Shown here: positions 19,533-28,219 of the stretch, piece by piece
Position numbering within the stretch: position 1 is the first letter of the stretch
Layout: each line of letters begins with the position of its first letter
DNA from: Geobacteraceae bacterium GWC2_53_11
GTDB lineage: Bacteria; Desulfobacterota; Desulfuromonadia; Geobacterales; Pseudopelobacteraceae
Assembly: GCA_001802645.1 (NCBI GenBank)
Contig: MGZJ01000041.1
Location: 83,422 to 147,421, forward strand
Direction of reading: 5' to 3'
Length of the DNA stretch: 64,000 nt
Made by a program: the position numbers and the translations under genes
The notes under the pieces: generated by a model
Seen by the model: the letters and a program-made list of their open reading frames with translations, nothing else
Database searches by the model: none
What the model was told of the DNA's origin: nothing

Positions 19533-19659
19533 GGTATTCCCGTATTCAGTAGGTTACTCTAGCACTAACACTACGAACTCAGGCCGGAAGCCTGTATTAG
19601 TCATTCGAAGTCAAACAGACCTCATTATCGTAACAAACCCGTAGCATTTGGCAATGGGG

Positions 19660-19887
19660 CTAAAACATATTTCCTTCTCCATACAGCAAGAAATCTCTAT
19701 CGATCCTGTGAATATCTATAATCTTATCAAGCGTTTTATCTGAAGGAAAAGAACTGCCCTTTTCCCAGGCGCTGACGGCAGCGGGTGTCATATCGATCTT
19801 TTCGGCAAATTCCCCCTGCGTCTGGCCAAGCATTTCTCTTACAATTTTCAGATTGCGTGAAAATGTTTTTTTCGTGAACCGATCCAT
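19660..19887 (-). CDS. XRE-family helix-turn-helix protein
   Basis: LKIVREMLGQTQGEFAEKIDMTPAAVSAWEKG is a typical HTH_3. ORF trimmed to ATG 19887 (GAGG upstream). Confidence 0.75.
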   Translation of the reverse strand: MDRFTKKTFSRNLKIVREMLGQTQGEFAEKIDMTPAAVSAWEKGSSFPSDKTLDKIIDIHRIDRDFLLYGEGNMF

Positions 19888-19977
19888 CAACACACCTCGT
19901 TATGTAAGTTAGTCTCAGCAAAACGAATTTCACACCGCTCCATATAATTTGAAATAATAAATTACCACCAATTAATC

Positions 19978-20011
19978 ACAAAAAAAGCCCTTCTCTGTTG
20001 AAAGAAGGGCT
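19978..20011 (-). terminator. Intrinsic terminator (expression platform of the GEMM-I riboswitch)
   Basis: Minus strand reads AGCCCTTCTTTC-aaca-GAGAAGGGCT followed by TTTTTTTG, immediately 3' of the aptamer and 5' of the HTH gene. Confidence 0.6.
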
Positions 20012-20020
20012 GACAATCGC

Positions 20021-20105
20021 CCTCTATTTGGTAACCCGACTATCCTTTACAGGACTCGTAGCTTTGCGTCCCCAGGTCACCCTGAGTTTGCCTTTTACAA
20101 AGAGG
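20021..20105 (-). promoter_or_regulatory. GEMM-I cyclic-dinucleotide riboswitch aptamer
   Basis: Minus strand reads CCUCUUUGUAAAAGGCAAACUCAGG-GUGA-CCUGGGGACGCAAAGCUACGAGUCC...GUCGGGUUACCAAAUAGAGG. The hallmark GGCAAAC, GNRA loop, GGGACGCAAAGC, GGGUUACC and a closing CCUCU/AGAGG helix are all present. Confidence 0.75.
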
Positions 20106-20127
20106 TAGTTCTTATTTTTAGGGTTTC

Positions 20128-20156
20128 AAACTATCCTTGCCTATAAACCTTGTCAA
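20128..20156 (-). promoter_or_regulatory. Candidate sigma-70 promoter for the riboswitch-led transcript
   Basis: Minus strand TTGACA, 17 nt, TAGTTT, located about 20 nt upstream of the aptamer. Confidence 0.35.
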
Positions 20157-20171
20157 GAACAAAAGATTATG

Positions 20172-20210
20172 GAAAAATAAAAAAGGACCTACGAATTAAC
20201 GTAAGTCCTT
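20172..20210 (-). terminator. Terminator downstream of tRNA-Arg
   Basis: Minus strand AGGACTTACG-ttaatt-CGTAGGTCCT followed by TTTTTTATTTTT. Confidence 0.5.
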
Positions 20211-20218
20211 GATTTTTT

Positions 20219-20295
20219 TGGTGCGCCTGGAGCGATTCGAACGCCCGACCTACGGATTCGTAGTCCGTTGCTCTATCCAGCTGAGCTACAAGCGC
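20219..20295 (-). tRNA. tRNA-Arg (anticodon ACG)
   Basis: The reverse complement GCGCTTGTAGCTCAGCTGGATAGAGCAACGGACTACGAATCCGTAGGTCGGGCGTTCGAATCGCTCCAGGCGCACCA folds as a cloverleaf. The anticodon loop is CT-ACG-AA and the CCA end is encoded. Confidence 0.95.
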
Positions 20296-20462
20296 GTTAG
20301 GAATTGGCTTTATACCTCACCGGAAATAATATATCAACTATTTTTTTGACCAATAATGCAAATTCAGACATTTCTCAACTAATATCACTACCAAATAGTG
20401 CCGTTTTCAGATATCCTCGCACTCATGTTGAATAGCAACTTATGTTACAAAGGCTTTGATTT

Positions 20463-20780
20463 ATGGATCATTTTATCATTGAAATAAGCGAAGCAGACGT
20501 AAAGCGGGAGCGGGAAAAGTCGCGGGAGCTTCGCAAAAGCCGCTGGTGGAAAAACCGCGTGGCCCTGGGGCGCTGCCACTATTGCGGCGAAATATTTGCT
20601 CCTGAAGAGCTGACCATGGACCATCTGGTCCCGGTTTCACGTGGGGGCAAGGCATCACGTAACAACGTAGTCCCGGCCTGCAAGGAGTGCAACAGCCGAA
20701 AAAAATATCTGCTCCCGATTGAGTGGGAAGAATACCTGGACAAGAACAGCCGTCCGACGCCGGAGCCAACCAGTGAATAA
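20463..20780 (+). CDS. Small HNH endonuclease
   Basis: CHYCG...DHLVPVSRGG...NNVVPACKECNSRK (HNH ββα-metal finger with two CxxC pairs). 105 aa. Confidence 0.8.
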   Translation: MDHFIIEISEADVKREREKSRELRKSRWWKNRVALGRCHYCGEIFAPEELTMDHLVPVSRGGKASRNNVVPACKECNSRKKYLLPIEWEEYLDKNSRPTPEPTSE

Positions 20781-21405
20781 CGTAAAAAGCCGCTATAAAG
20801 TTATCATTTACGATTGTGATGGAGTCATTCTTGATTCAGTCGAATCCAACTACATTTTCTACAACCGGGTCATGGAATTTCTCGGCAGGGACGAGATTAA
20901 CAGAGATAACGAAGATGCCAGAAGAGTTCTTCACACGTATTCGTTTAAGGACGTGATGGAATATTTTTTTGGTGAAGACCCCCAACATGAAGCGGCCCTC
21001 AGTTTTGCCAAGACCATTCACTATCGCGATCTTATGCCTTACATGAAAATGGAGGACGGCTTTGTCAGCACGCTGAATCAATTGAAAGGACATGCATCCC
21101 TGGCAATATGCACCAACCGGGCAACATCAATGGAGATGATTATTGAGGACTTCGGATTGAACGGTTATTTCGAATATGTCATGACGGCGTCGCAGGTAAC
21201 CCACCCCAAACCACACCCGGAACCGCTTTTGAAGGTACTTGACTACTTTAACATCGCTCCGTGGGAAGCCCTCTTTGTAGGCGATGGCGAGGTCGATATG
21301 CTGGCAGCCAAAGAAGCCGGCGTTCCCTTCATCTCCTACAAATCTCAGCTACCGGCACTGGCCCGTATCCAGCATCACTCCGAAATCGTTCAATACATCT
21401 TCTGA
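20773..21405 (+). CDS. HAD-superfamily hydrolase (phosphatase)
   Basis: Motif I YDCDGVILDS and motif IV FVGDGEVD. The longest ORF starts at TTG 20719. GTG 20773 is preferred (GGAG upstream; overlaps the HNH stop). Confidence 0.7.
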   Translation: MNNVKSRYKVIIYDCDGVILDSVESNYIFYNRVMEFLGRDEINRDNEDARRVLHTYSFKDVMEYFFGEDPQHEAALSFAKTIHYRDLMPYMKMEDGFVSTLNQLKGHASLAICTNRATSMEMIIEDFGLNGYFEYVMTASQVTHPKPHPEPLLKVLDYFNIAPWEALFVGDGEVDMLAAKEAGVPFISYKSQLPALARIQHHSEIVQYIF

Positions 21406-21412
21406 AAATTGA

Positions 21413-21444
21413 AAGGCTCCGGGATTATTAGACCTCGGAGCCTT
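21413..21444. terminator. Hairpin between convergent genes (weak terminator candidate)
   Basis: AAGGCTCCG-14 nt-CGGAGCCTT. There is no strong T-run. Confidence 0.3.
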
Positions 21445-21463
21445 AAATACAGAATGCCGCCCT

Positions 21464-22030
21464 TTATCTCACCAGTTTCGACAACTTTTTGAATTCATCC
21501 GTCCCGGCAATTTTCAGCAGCTGAAACAGGACCGACTCCGTGCTGGTTGGCACGGCTCCGGCCAGTGTCATAGCCTGGAGCGCCGTCTGCCAGTTCTGCT
21601 TGCTGCGGCTCATGACAGCATCCTTGACAATGTGAACGTTAAAACCGGCTTCCCGCAGTTCGATCACTGTCTGGAGAACGCATACGTGGGCTTCCATACC
21701 GGTAATGATCACCTGCGTCCTGCCGGTTGCCTTGAGCGCAGCAATAAAATCGGTGCAACCGCAACAACTGAAGGTCATCTTTTCAAAATTTGCCGCTTTG
21801 TCAGCTTTTTCCTGCAATTCCGGCAGAGTCGCACCCAACCCCTTGACATACTGCTCGGTCACCAGCACCGGTACATCCAGTTCGGCAGCGCTTTCCAGCA
21901 GAATGCCGATATTCTTCGTCAGTTTTTTGAGCACATGGTCGTCCATGGCAACACACAACTTCTCCTGCACATCGATCACCACCAGCACCGCCCTGTCCCG
22001 CTCCAGAAAAAAAGTGTCCCTGATTGTCAT
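21464..22030 (-). CDS. Isochorismatase-family cysteine hydrolase
   Basis: VLVVIDVQEK... and VIITGMEAHVCVLQT (catalytic Cys context). 188 aa. Confidence 0.8.
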   Translation of the reverse strand: MTIRDTFFLERDRAVLVVIDVQEKLCVAMDDHVLKKLTKNIGILLESAAELDVPVLVTEQYVKGLGATLPELQEKADKAANFEKMTFSCCGCTDFIAALKATGRTQVIITGMEAHVCVLQTVIELREAGFNVHIVKDAVMSRSKQNWQTALQAMTLAGAVPTSTESVLFQLLKIAGTDEFKKLSKLVR

Positions 22031-22159
22031 GGTTATTTCTCCCGATCATTTATAGTGAAACCGTGACCGGAGTGTAGCGTAGACGCTGACAATAATCAAT
22101 GTTGTCTCACCTGCGGGAACATGCTACATCAATGCAATATTTTTCCATGGAGGTTCACC

Positions 22160-22735
22160 ATGAAAGTTACCGCATTTAACGGTAGCCCGCGCCGCGAAGG
22201 CAACACCTCGCTGCTGATCAAACAGGCGTGCGATGCGCTGAACAGGGAAGGAATCGAAACCGAGGTGGTTCAGGTCGGCGGAGAAAAGCTCAAGGGGTGC
22301 ATCGCCTGCTACCAGTGCTTTTCCCGCAAGGATCACCGCTGCGCCGTCACTGATGACATCGCCAATTCCTGCATTGAAAAGATGCTGGCATCCGACGGCA
22401 TCATCATCGGTTCGCCGACCTATTTTGCCGCACTGACCCCGGAAACCAAGGCGCTGATCGACCGCTGCGGCATGGTATCGCGGGCCAACGGCGACATGCT
22501 CAAACGCAAGGCCGGGGCGGCAGTCGTCGCAGTGCGGCGCGCCGGAGCCATCAACGTATTCGACACCATTAACCACTTTTTCAGCATCGGCCAGATGATC
22601 ATCCCGGCCTCCAATTACTGGAATATCGGTGTGGGGCGCAACATCGGCGATGTGCTTCAGGATGAAGAGGGGATGGGCACCATGAGGGTGCTGGGGGAAA
22701 ACATGGCGTGGCTGCTCAAGAAGATCACCGCTTAG
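22160..22735 (+). CDS. NADPH-dependent FMN reductase / iron-sulfur flavoprotein-like
   Basis: MKVTAFNGSPRREGNTS is typical of the flavodoxin-like FMN_red family. Cys motif CIACYQC. Start trimmed to ATG 22160 (GGAGG upstream). Confidence 0.7.
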   Translation: MKVTAFNGSPRREGNTSLLIKQACDALNREGIETEVVQVGGEKLKGCIACYQCFSRKDHRCAVTDDIANSCIEKMLASDGIIIGSPTYFAALTPETKALIDRCGMVSRANGDMLKRKAGAAVVAVRRAGAINVFDTINHFFSIGQMIIPASNYWNIGVGRNIGDVLQDEEGMGTMRVLGENMAWLLKKITA

Positions 22736-22783
22736 CGGAAACCTCAGGACGCTCCGTTCAGGGGCGCCCTGAGGAGGACAAAA

Positions 22784-23299
22784 CTACAGCAAAGCCTTTG
22801 CCGCAGCGATTGCCGCTGCATAATCAGGCTCGCCGGTCACTTCCGGAACGATCTGGATGTAGCGGATGACATTGGCGGCATCAACGACAAAAACGGCACG
22901 GCTCAGCAGCAGCAGCTCCTTGATCAGCACCCCGTAGCCAAGTCCGAAGGAACGCTCACGGTAATCGGAGAGAGTAACCACCTTGTCGATGCCGGCTGCG
23001 CCGCACCACCGTTTCTGAGCAAAAGGAAGATCAAGGCTGATAGTCAGCACAACGACATTCCCCGGCAATGAAGCCGCTTCCTGATTGAAGCGACGGGTTT
23101 CCGTGTCGCATACGGGAGTATCAAGTGACGGCACCGCACTGATGATCTTGATTTTACCGGCGTAGCTGGCGAGCGACGTAGCCGCCAGGCCGTTGTCAAC
23201 CACGGCAAAGTCCGGTGCCGCATCACCGACCTTGAGTTCGGGCCCCAGCAATGTCATCGGATTCCCTTTAAACGTAATAATTCCTGTTTTTTCACTCAT
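22784..23299 (-). CDS. tpx: Thiol peroxidase
   Basis: ITFKGNPMTLLG...VGDAAPDF...VPSLDTPVCDTE is the canonical Tpx signature. 171 aa. Confidence 0.9.
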   Translation of the reverse strand: MSEKTGIITFKGNPMTLLGPELKVGDAAPDFAVVDNGLAATSLASYAGKIKIISAVPSLDTPVCDTETRRFNQEAASLPGNVVVLTISLDLPFAQKRWCGAAGIDKVVTLSDYRERSFGLGYGVLIKELLLLSRAVFVVDAANVIRYIQIVPEVTGEPDYAAAIAAAKALL

Positions 23300-23964
23300 A
23301 TCTCTACCTCCTCGTCAATTTCTACCATATCAGGTAGTCTGCTGCATTCTGCCCCCGGGGCAGTATCGTTATCCAGAACATCCAGGAACTGCATCACCAG
23401 CCGATAGGTTATCCCCCACAGCACCGGCTTGTCATCGACCGGGAGACGGATGGCCGGCACATCAAAGCGTTTCTCCCCGAAAGCCACCGAAGTCTGCACA
23501 TGCCGCTCCGGATCACGCAGGTCAGAAAGCGTGACCCAGAACAGATCCCGCACCTCGTCATTCAACACCGGCCGATAACCGGTCCGGTCCACGCCGAACA
23601 GACAGCAGGAGACCCTCACCGGCAGGTTGGCCCCGACAATATCGGAAAGCCTCCCCAAATAGTGCGCCTGCTCCAGGTCAACGCCGATTTCCTCCAGGGT
23701 TTCCCGGCACGCCGCCTCACACTCCTGCTCGCCTTCTTCCAGCTTCCCCCCCGGAAAGGCGATGTGGCCGGACCAGGGATCAAGATCATGTGCCGCACGC
23801 TGAATAAACAGGATTTCGTGCCCACGATCAGACTGATGCAGTATCATGGCCACGGCTGCCCGAGTGCGATCAGCACCGGGGAATTCCGTTCCGCTTTCCC
23901 GGCATGCCAGCCGTTCAGAAATATGCTCAAATGTCGGGAAACCGTTCTGTTCTCTATTGTTCAT
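23296..23964 (-). CDS. NUDIX hydrolase (CoA pyrophosphatase-like)
   Basis: Nudix box GGKLEEGEQECEAACRETLEEIGV. Overlaps the tpx start by 4 nt. Confidence 0.8.
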   Translation of the reverse strand: MNNREQNGFPTFEHISERLACRESGTEFPGADRTRAAVAMILHQSDRGHEILFIQRAAHDLDPWSGHIAFPGGKLEEGEQECEAACRETLEEIGVDLEQAHYLGRLSDIVGANLPVRVSCCLFGVDRTGYRPVLNDEVRDLFWVTLSDLRDPERHVQTSVAFGEKRFDVPAIRLPVDDKPVLWGITYRLVMQFLDVLDNDTAPGAECSRLPDMVEIDEEVEI

Positions 23965-24266
23965 GCCGATGTAATCCTTGCTATGTGAATATTGTCACAT
24001 CCTCTTCATAACACCCGTTTCCGTCAAGTACAATTTACTTTTGAACTCACAGTGTCATCGGCATAATTGTTGCTATTTTTATGCGGTTTAACTCCGAGGG
24101 CAGAACTGCATTGCTTCGTGCAGGTCTTCATCCATGCCCATTCCCCTCGAAACCCGAACAGAACGGACATGAGATTGTACGCCATTTAGAGCAGTTATTT
24201 TACCACACTTCAGCTGAAAGACTTTTCCGTACGAAATATTATTTTGAGGCGGACTGACGGATCACC

Positions 24267-25049
24267 ATGGTTTCTTTCAAGACCATTTTTTTACTACTTC
24301 TTGTGATGCTGGGCGGCATCTCCGTCGCAGCGGCGGAGGACACCGGCTTCAGCTGGCCGATTTCCTGTGTCCCGGGAGTTGACTGTGCCGGCACCCACTT
24401 TCGCATCGGCTACCCGGATGTCGGGGGCACCGGCCTTTCTTACGCGTGCAGCAAACCCGGCTATCTTGGCCATCAGGGCACCGATATCGTTGTTTCATCT
24501 GTCGAACAGGGCATACACGCACTGGCAGCAGCAGACGGTGTAGTACGTTGGACCGCTGACGGACGCTTTGATCACTGTCCCAACGATACTGAGCATGATT
24601 GCGATGAGCAGGAAAAGAGTGATTTATCAAATGGTCGCGGCACAGGTGCAACGCTGGGTTTTAATGCCGGAAATTTCGTGGTCGTTGAACACACACTCGG
24701 CTCCATACGCTATCTGACCCTGTACGCCCACCTCCGCAAGGGCTCCCTGACCGTAGCCCAAGGACAGAAAGTTGTACGTGGTCAACACCTCGGCGACGTT
24801 GCCAGTTCCGGAAACTCGCAGATTCCGCACCTCCATTTTGGAGTTTACAAAGCCGAAGGGACCATGTACCGTCCGGTTGATCCTTGGAAAGGGGCCTGCA
24901 ATACCAGCAGCGATGGTTTGTGGGCTTCAACAACACCCTATCGCACCGACGAGCTTCTGATGGCGCATCCGGCCAGCGACCGGAACGATGACTCCCGGGT
25001 ATACTTACAAACCATCCAGCGCAGCTTGCCAAAAAAACTTTATTACTAA
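24267..25049 (+). CDS. Secreted M23-family metallopeptidase
   Basis: Signal peptide, HQGTDI (HxxxD) and PHLHFGV (HxH). Confidence 0.8.
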   Translation: MVSFKTIFLLLLVMLGGISVAAAEDTGFSWPISCVPGVDCAGTHFRIGYPDVGGTGLSYACSKPGYLGHQGTDIVVSSVEQGIHALAAADGVVRWTADGRFDHCPNDTEHDCDEQEKSDLSNGRGTGATLGFNAGNFVVVEHTLGSIRYLTLYAHLRKGSLTVAQGQKVVRGQHLGDVASSGNSQIPHLHFGVYKAEGTMYRPVDPWKGACNTSSDGLWASTTPYRTDELLMAHPASDRNDDSRVYLQTIQRSLPKKLYY

Positions 25050-25077
25050 ATCCTTCATCACCGAATGGGGAGAAACC

Positions 25078-25296
25078 ATGCTTATTCCGATCATAACTTC
25101 CTGCAAAGAACCGGATTCAGTTCCTTCGTACGTATTGGATCGCATGCTCGCCTGCGGCGAGGTCCACGCCTTTGAACGTTCGACAGGATGGGTAGTGGTT
25201 GGCCGCGATCCGATCCGGGCAGCCAGAAGGGGAGCATATCAGGGACACGAACGCCGCCGCTCCGTGTCGTTCCAGATGCAGTCGTTCGCCGCTTAA
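25078..25296 (+). CDS. Small hypothetical protein (72 aa)
   Basis: ATG 25078 preceded by GGGGAG. No recognisable motif. Part of ORF 24988..25296. Confidence 0.3.
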   Translation: MLIPIITSCKEPDSVPSYVLDRMLACGEVHAFERSTGWVVVGRDPIRAARRGAYQGHERRRSVSFQMQSFAA

Positions 25297-25392
25297 GCCG
25301 GGCGCCCGTGACCACAAATATCAAGTTTGGTTTTAAACATTACTATCACCACCTCTTGCCACTAAACCTCATTAAGTGATACATCACTACCC

Positions 25393-26394
25393 ATGCCTTC
25401 CATTTCGATCCTCATGCCGGTCCGCAATGAAGAACGCTACCTTCAGGCGACGCTTGACTCCCTTTATCGCCAGACCTGCAAAGAGTGGGAACTGGTTGCG
25501 GTTGACGACGGTTCCTGCGACCAGACCCCGGCGATCCTTGCCCATGCCGCACAAAAGGACCGCCGCGTAAAGCTCATCCGCCGCGAAGGGGGCGGACTGG
25601 TGGCTGCGCTCAACGCCGGACTGGAACATTGTCGCGCTCCCCTGCTGGCACGGATCGATGGCGATGACATCTGCCACCCCCGGCGCCTGGAACTACAAGC
25701 CGCCTGGCTGGTAGCACATCCTGAAACGGGGCTCATAGCCAGCAATTTCCGTCATTTTCCCCGCACCGGCCTCAAACAGGGAATGATTGATTATGAAGTG
25801 TGGCAAAACGGGCTGACCGAACACGACCTCGTCATCAGGGATCTGTTTGTAGAATCCCCTTTTGTCCACCCCTCCATCATGACACGCCGATCACTCATGA
25901 CTGAAATGGGCGGGTACCAAGACAACAACTGGCCCGAGGACTACGATCTCTGGCTGCGCATGGCAGCTGCGGGTGTACAGTTTTCTCGATTGACGCAGCC
26001 GCTTCTGTTCTGGCGGGACCACCCTGAACGCGCCACCCGCACCATGGATGAGTATGCCACCGACGCCTTCCGTTCCTGCAAGTGCCACTATCTGATACGC
26101 AGTTTTCTGCACTCGTGCTCCGATGTCGTTATTGCCGGTGCCGGGCAGGAAGCCAGGGCATGGCAGCGCCTGCTGACGGCGGCCGACGTCACCGTATCAA
26201 GTTGGCTTGATGTTGATCCGCGCAAGATCGGTCGCATCCTGCACAACGCACCGGTCATATCCCCCGATCAGCTCCGGCTTGACGGCAGAAAAATGCTTGT
26301 TGCCATCGGTGTACGCGGCGCACGTGAACAGTTCAGGAAGGTTGCGGAAAAAAGCGGCTGGCAGGAAGGCGTGGACTTTGTCTGCGTCGCATGA
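25393..26394 (+). CDS. Family-2 glycosyltransferase with a C-terminal Rossmann-like extension
   Basis: ISILMPVRNEERYL...AVDDGSCD...RIDGDD are GT2 motifs. 333 aa. Confidence 0.8.
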   Translation: MPSISILMPVRNEERYLQATLDSLYRQTCKEWELVAVDDGSCDQTPAILAHAAQKDRRVKLIRREGGGLVAALNAGLEHCRAPLLARIDGDDICHPRRLELQAAWLVAHPETGLIASNFRHFPRTGLKQGMIDYEVWQNGLTEHDLVIRDLFVESPFVHPSIMTRRSLMTEMGGYQDNNWPEDYDLWLRMAAAGVQFSRLTQPLLFWRDHPERATRTMDEYATDAFRSCKCHYLIRSFLHSCSDVVIAGAGQEARAWQRLLTAADVTVSSWLDVDPRKIGRILHNAPVISPDQLRLDGRKMLVAIGVRGAREQFRKVAEKSGWQEGVDFVCVA

Positions 26395-26435
26395 TAAAAA
26401 ACGGGTCGATTTCAGTTACCTGTTGAAGGAGATAC

Positions 26436-26741
26436 ATGATGTTACCAAGCAAAGAAGAACTGGCCCTGACCATTGACGAGGCGGACTGGAGCTGCCTGCG
26501 GGCCCACCTGCATCGTGGCGGGCTGATTCTGGTAGATGACTCGCTCGACCTAGCCGATACCGCCTATAAAGTAGCCGCCGACAATGTGGAAATCATCCAG
26601 CAGCTGGTCGAAGACGGGATGATCGGCAAGCCGTCCGACTCGAAAATCCGTACATGGGAGGAGGATCAGCATAAGAAATTCGCCATGCTGATCGTCAGCC
26701 CCTATGTGCTGTTTCAGGAAAAAATGCCGACCTTTCACTAA
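26436..26741 (+). CDS. DUF2288-like small protein
   Basis: 101 aa. The pattern ...HLHRGGLILVDDSLDLADTAYKVAADN...IVSPYVLFQE matches my recollection of DUF2288. Confidence 0.5.
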   Translation: MMLPSKEELALTIDEADWSCLRAHLHRGGLILVDDSLDLADTAYKVAADNVEIIQQLVEDGMIGKPSDSKIRTWEEDQHKKFAMLIVSPYVLFQEKMPTFH

Positions 26742-26747
26742 GCGGAG

Positions 26748-27413
26748 TTGACCGTGGAAATCACTCTTAACGATATTGAAGTACGCGTGCTGGGCAGCCT
26801 GATTGAAAAAGAGCTGACCACGCCGGAATACTACCCGCTGTCACTCAATTCCCTCACCAACGCCTGTAACCAGAAATCCAATCGTGACCCGGTGATGGCC
26901 CTGGCGGAAGAAGACGTGGTGCGGGCTCTTGACTCCCTCCGCTTCAAACAGCTGGCAGTGCTGTCGGCAGATGGGGGACGTGTCCCGAAGTACCGCCATC
27001 TGCTGGCTGAAAAGATGGGGTTGGTTTCTGCTGAGCAGGCCATTCTCTGCGAACTGCTGGTGCGCGGCCCGCAGACCGTTGGTGAGTTGCGGACGCGTGG
27101 CGAGAGAATGCATCCGTTTGGCGACCTGACTGCCGTGGAAGAGGTTTTAAAGGAGCTGATGGAACGCGAGCAACCGTTCGTCGCCCTGCTGCCCCGCCAA
27201 CCGGGCCGCAAAGAGGGGCGCTATGCACAGCTGTTTTCCGGTATTCCTGAAATCACTGAAGAAAGTTCCGAAGCACGCCCCGAGGCGGCCCGGCAAAGGG
27301 TGCTGGCGGAAAATGAGCGTGTGACGAAGCTGGAAGAAGAGGTTGCCGCACTCCGGTCTGAAGTAGCCGTATTACAGCAGCAGATGGCAGAGTTTAAGGC
27401 GCAGTTTGAATAA
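26748..27413 (+). CDS. yceH: YceH/DUF480-family protein
   Basis: LNDIEVRVLGSLIEKELTTPEYYPLSLNSLTNACNQKSNRDP is the UPF0502/YceH signature. TTG start. Confidence 0.75.
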   Translation: MTVEITLNDIEVRVLGSLIEKELTTPEYYPLSLNSLTNACNQKSNRDPVMALAEEDVVRALDSLRFKQLAVLSADGGRVPKYRHLLAEKMGLVSAEQAILCELLVRGPQTVGELRTRGERMHPFGDLTAVEEVLKELMEREQPFVALLPRQPGRKEGRYAQLFSGIPEITEESSEARPEAARQRVLAENERVTKLEEEVAALRSEVAVLQQQMAEFKAQFE

Positions 27414-27484
27414 ACATGGTGCGTAGCAGGTTTTTCCACAGCCCGCTCGCCTGATAGATATCCTTCCACTCGTGCTGCAAAAAT

Positions 27485-27520
27485 GAAGCGGGGCATACCT
27501 CATGGCACGCCCCGCTCCGT
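27485..27520 (-). terminator. Terminator candidate downstream of the hydrogenase operon
   Basis: Minus strand GAGCGGGGCG-loop-TGCCCCGCTTC followed by ATTTTT. Confidence 0.4.
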
Positions 27521-27542
27521 TATTACGATCCCTCCACTACAT

Positions 27543-28208
27543 CTACTTCTCTTTTTTCACCGTAAACTTATACCCGCTGAACATACTGGAAATCTCGCTG
27601 CCATGCTCCTTGATGTCCATCAGCCAGGCGCTGTAGATGTGGTTGATGATGAAGCCGAAGATCAGCCACATGCTGAAATGGTGGGTAAGGCGCATTCCTT
27701 GGTCGGAGAACAGGGCGTACATGAAGCCGAGCGACTTGTGCATGACACCCTGCGGCGCATGCTGCGCATACAGCGAAAAGCCGGTCAGGATCATCAGGAT
27801 ATAGAGCAGAAACAGGGCAAAGTAGGCGGTGGTCGCCAGGGGATTGTGACCGATCGTTTCCGGAACCTCCTTGTCCACGAACATGTAGTAGCGGAGCATC
27901 TTGTTCATTTTTTCCCTGCCCGCCGCCGTCGCATAGGGGAAGAACTCCTTCCAGCCGGCATACTTGTTGCCGATCAGCGACCAGACCATGCGCGACAGCA
28001 CACTGACCGCAAACGCGTAGGCGGCGGTGAAGTGAACGAAGCGTATCCACCCCATGGTGAAATCGGAGGCCGAGCCGGCAAACGACACCGGTGTGCCGAT
28101 AAAGAATCCGGTCACCGCCAGGGTAACGATGGACACCACGTTGATCCAGTGGCACCAGCGTACCGGCAGCTCCCAGATGTAACACTTGAATTTGCAGGAA
28201 TCACTCAT
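27543..28208 (-). CDS. hyaC: [NiFe]-hydrogenase b-type cytochrome subunit
   Basis: 221 aa with 4 TM segments and conserved His residues. N-terminal YIWELPVRWCHWINV is typical of HyaC/CybH. Confidence 0.85.
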   Translation of the reverse strand: MSDSCKFKCYIWELPVRWCHWINVVSIVTLAVTGFFIGTPVSFAGSASDFTMGWIRFVHFTAAYAFAVSVLSRMVWSLIGNKYAGWKEFFPYATAAGREKMNKMLRYYMFVDKEVPETIGHNPLATTAYFALFLLYILMILTGFSLYAQHAPQGVMHKSLGFMYALFSDQGMRLTHHFSMWLIFGFIINHIYSAWLMDIKEHGSEISSMFSGYKFTVKKEK

Positions 28209-28219
28209 GTCTGCCTCCC

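Noticed and set aside
20021-20105. Calling the GEMM-I element a cGAMP-specific (GEMM-Ib) riboswitch because of the Geobacter-like context
   Set aside because: The position I align to Vc2 G20 is G, not A. The ligand class is therefore left open, with a lean towards c-di-GMP.
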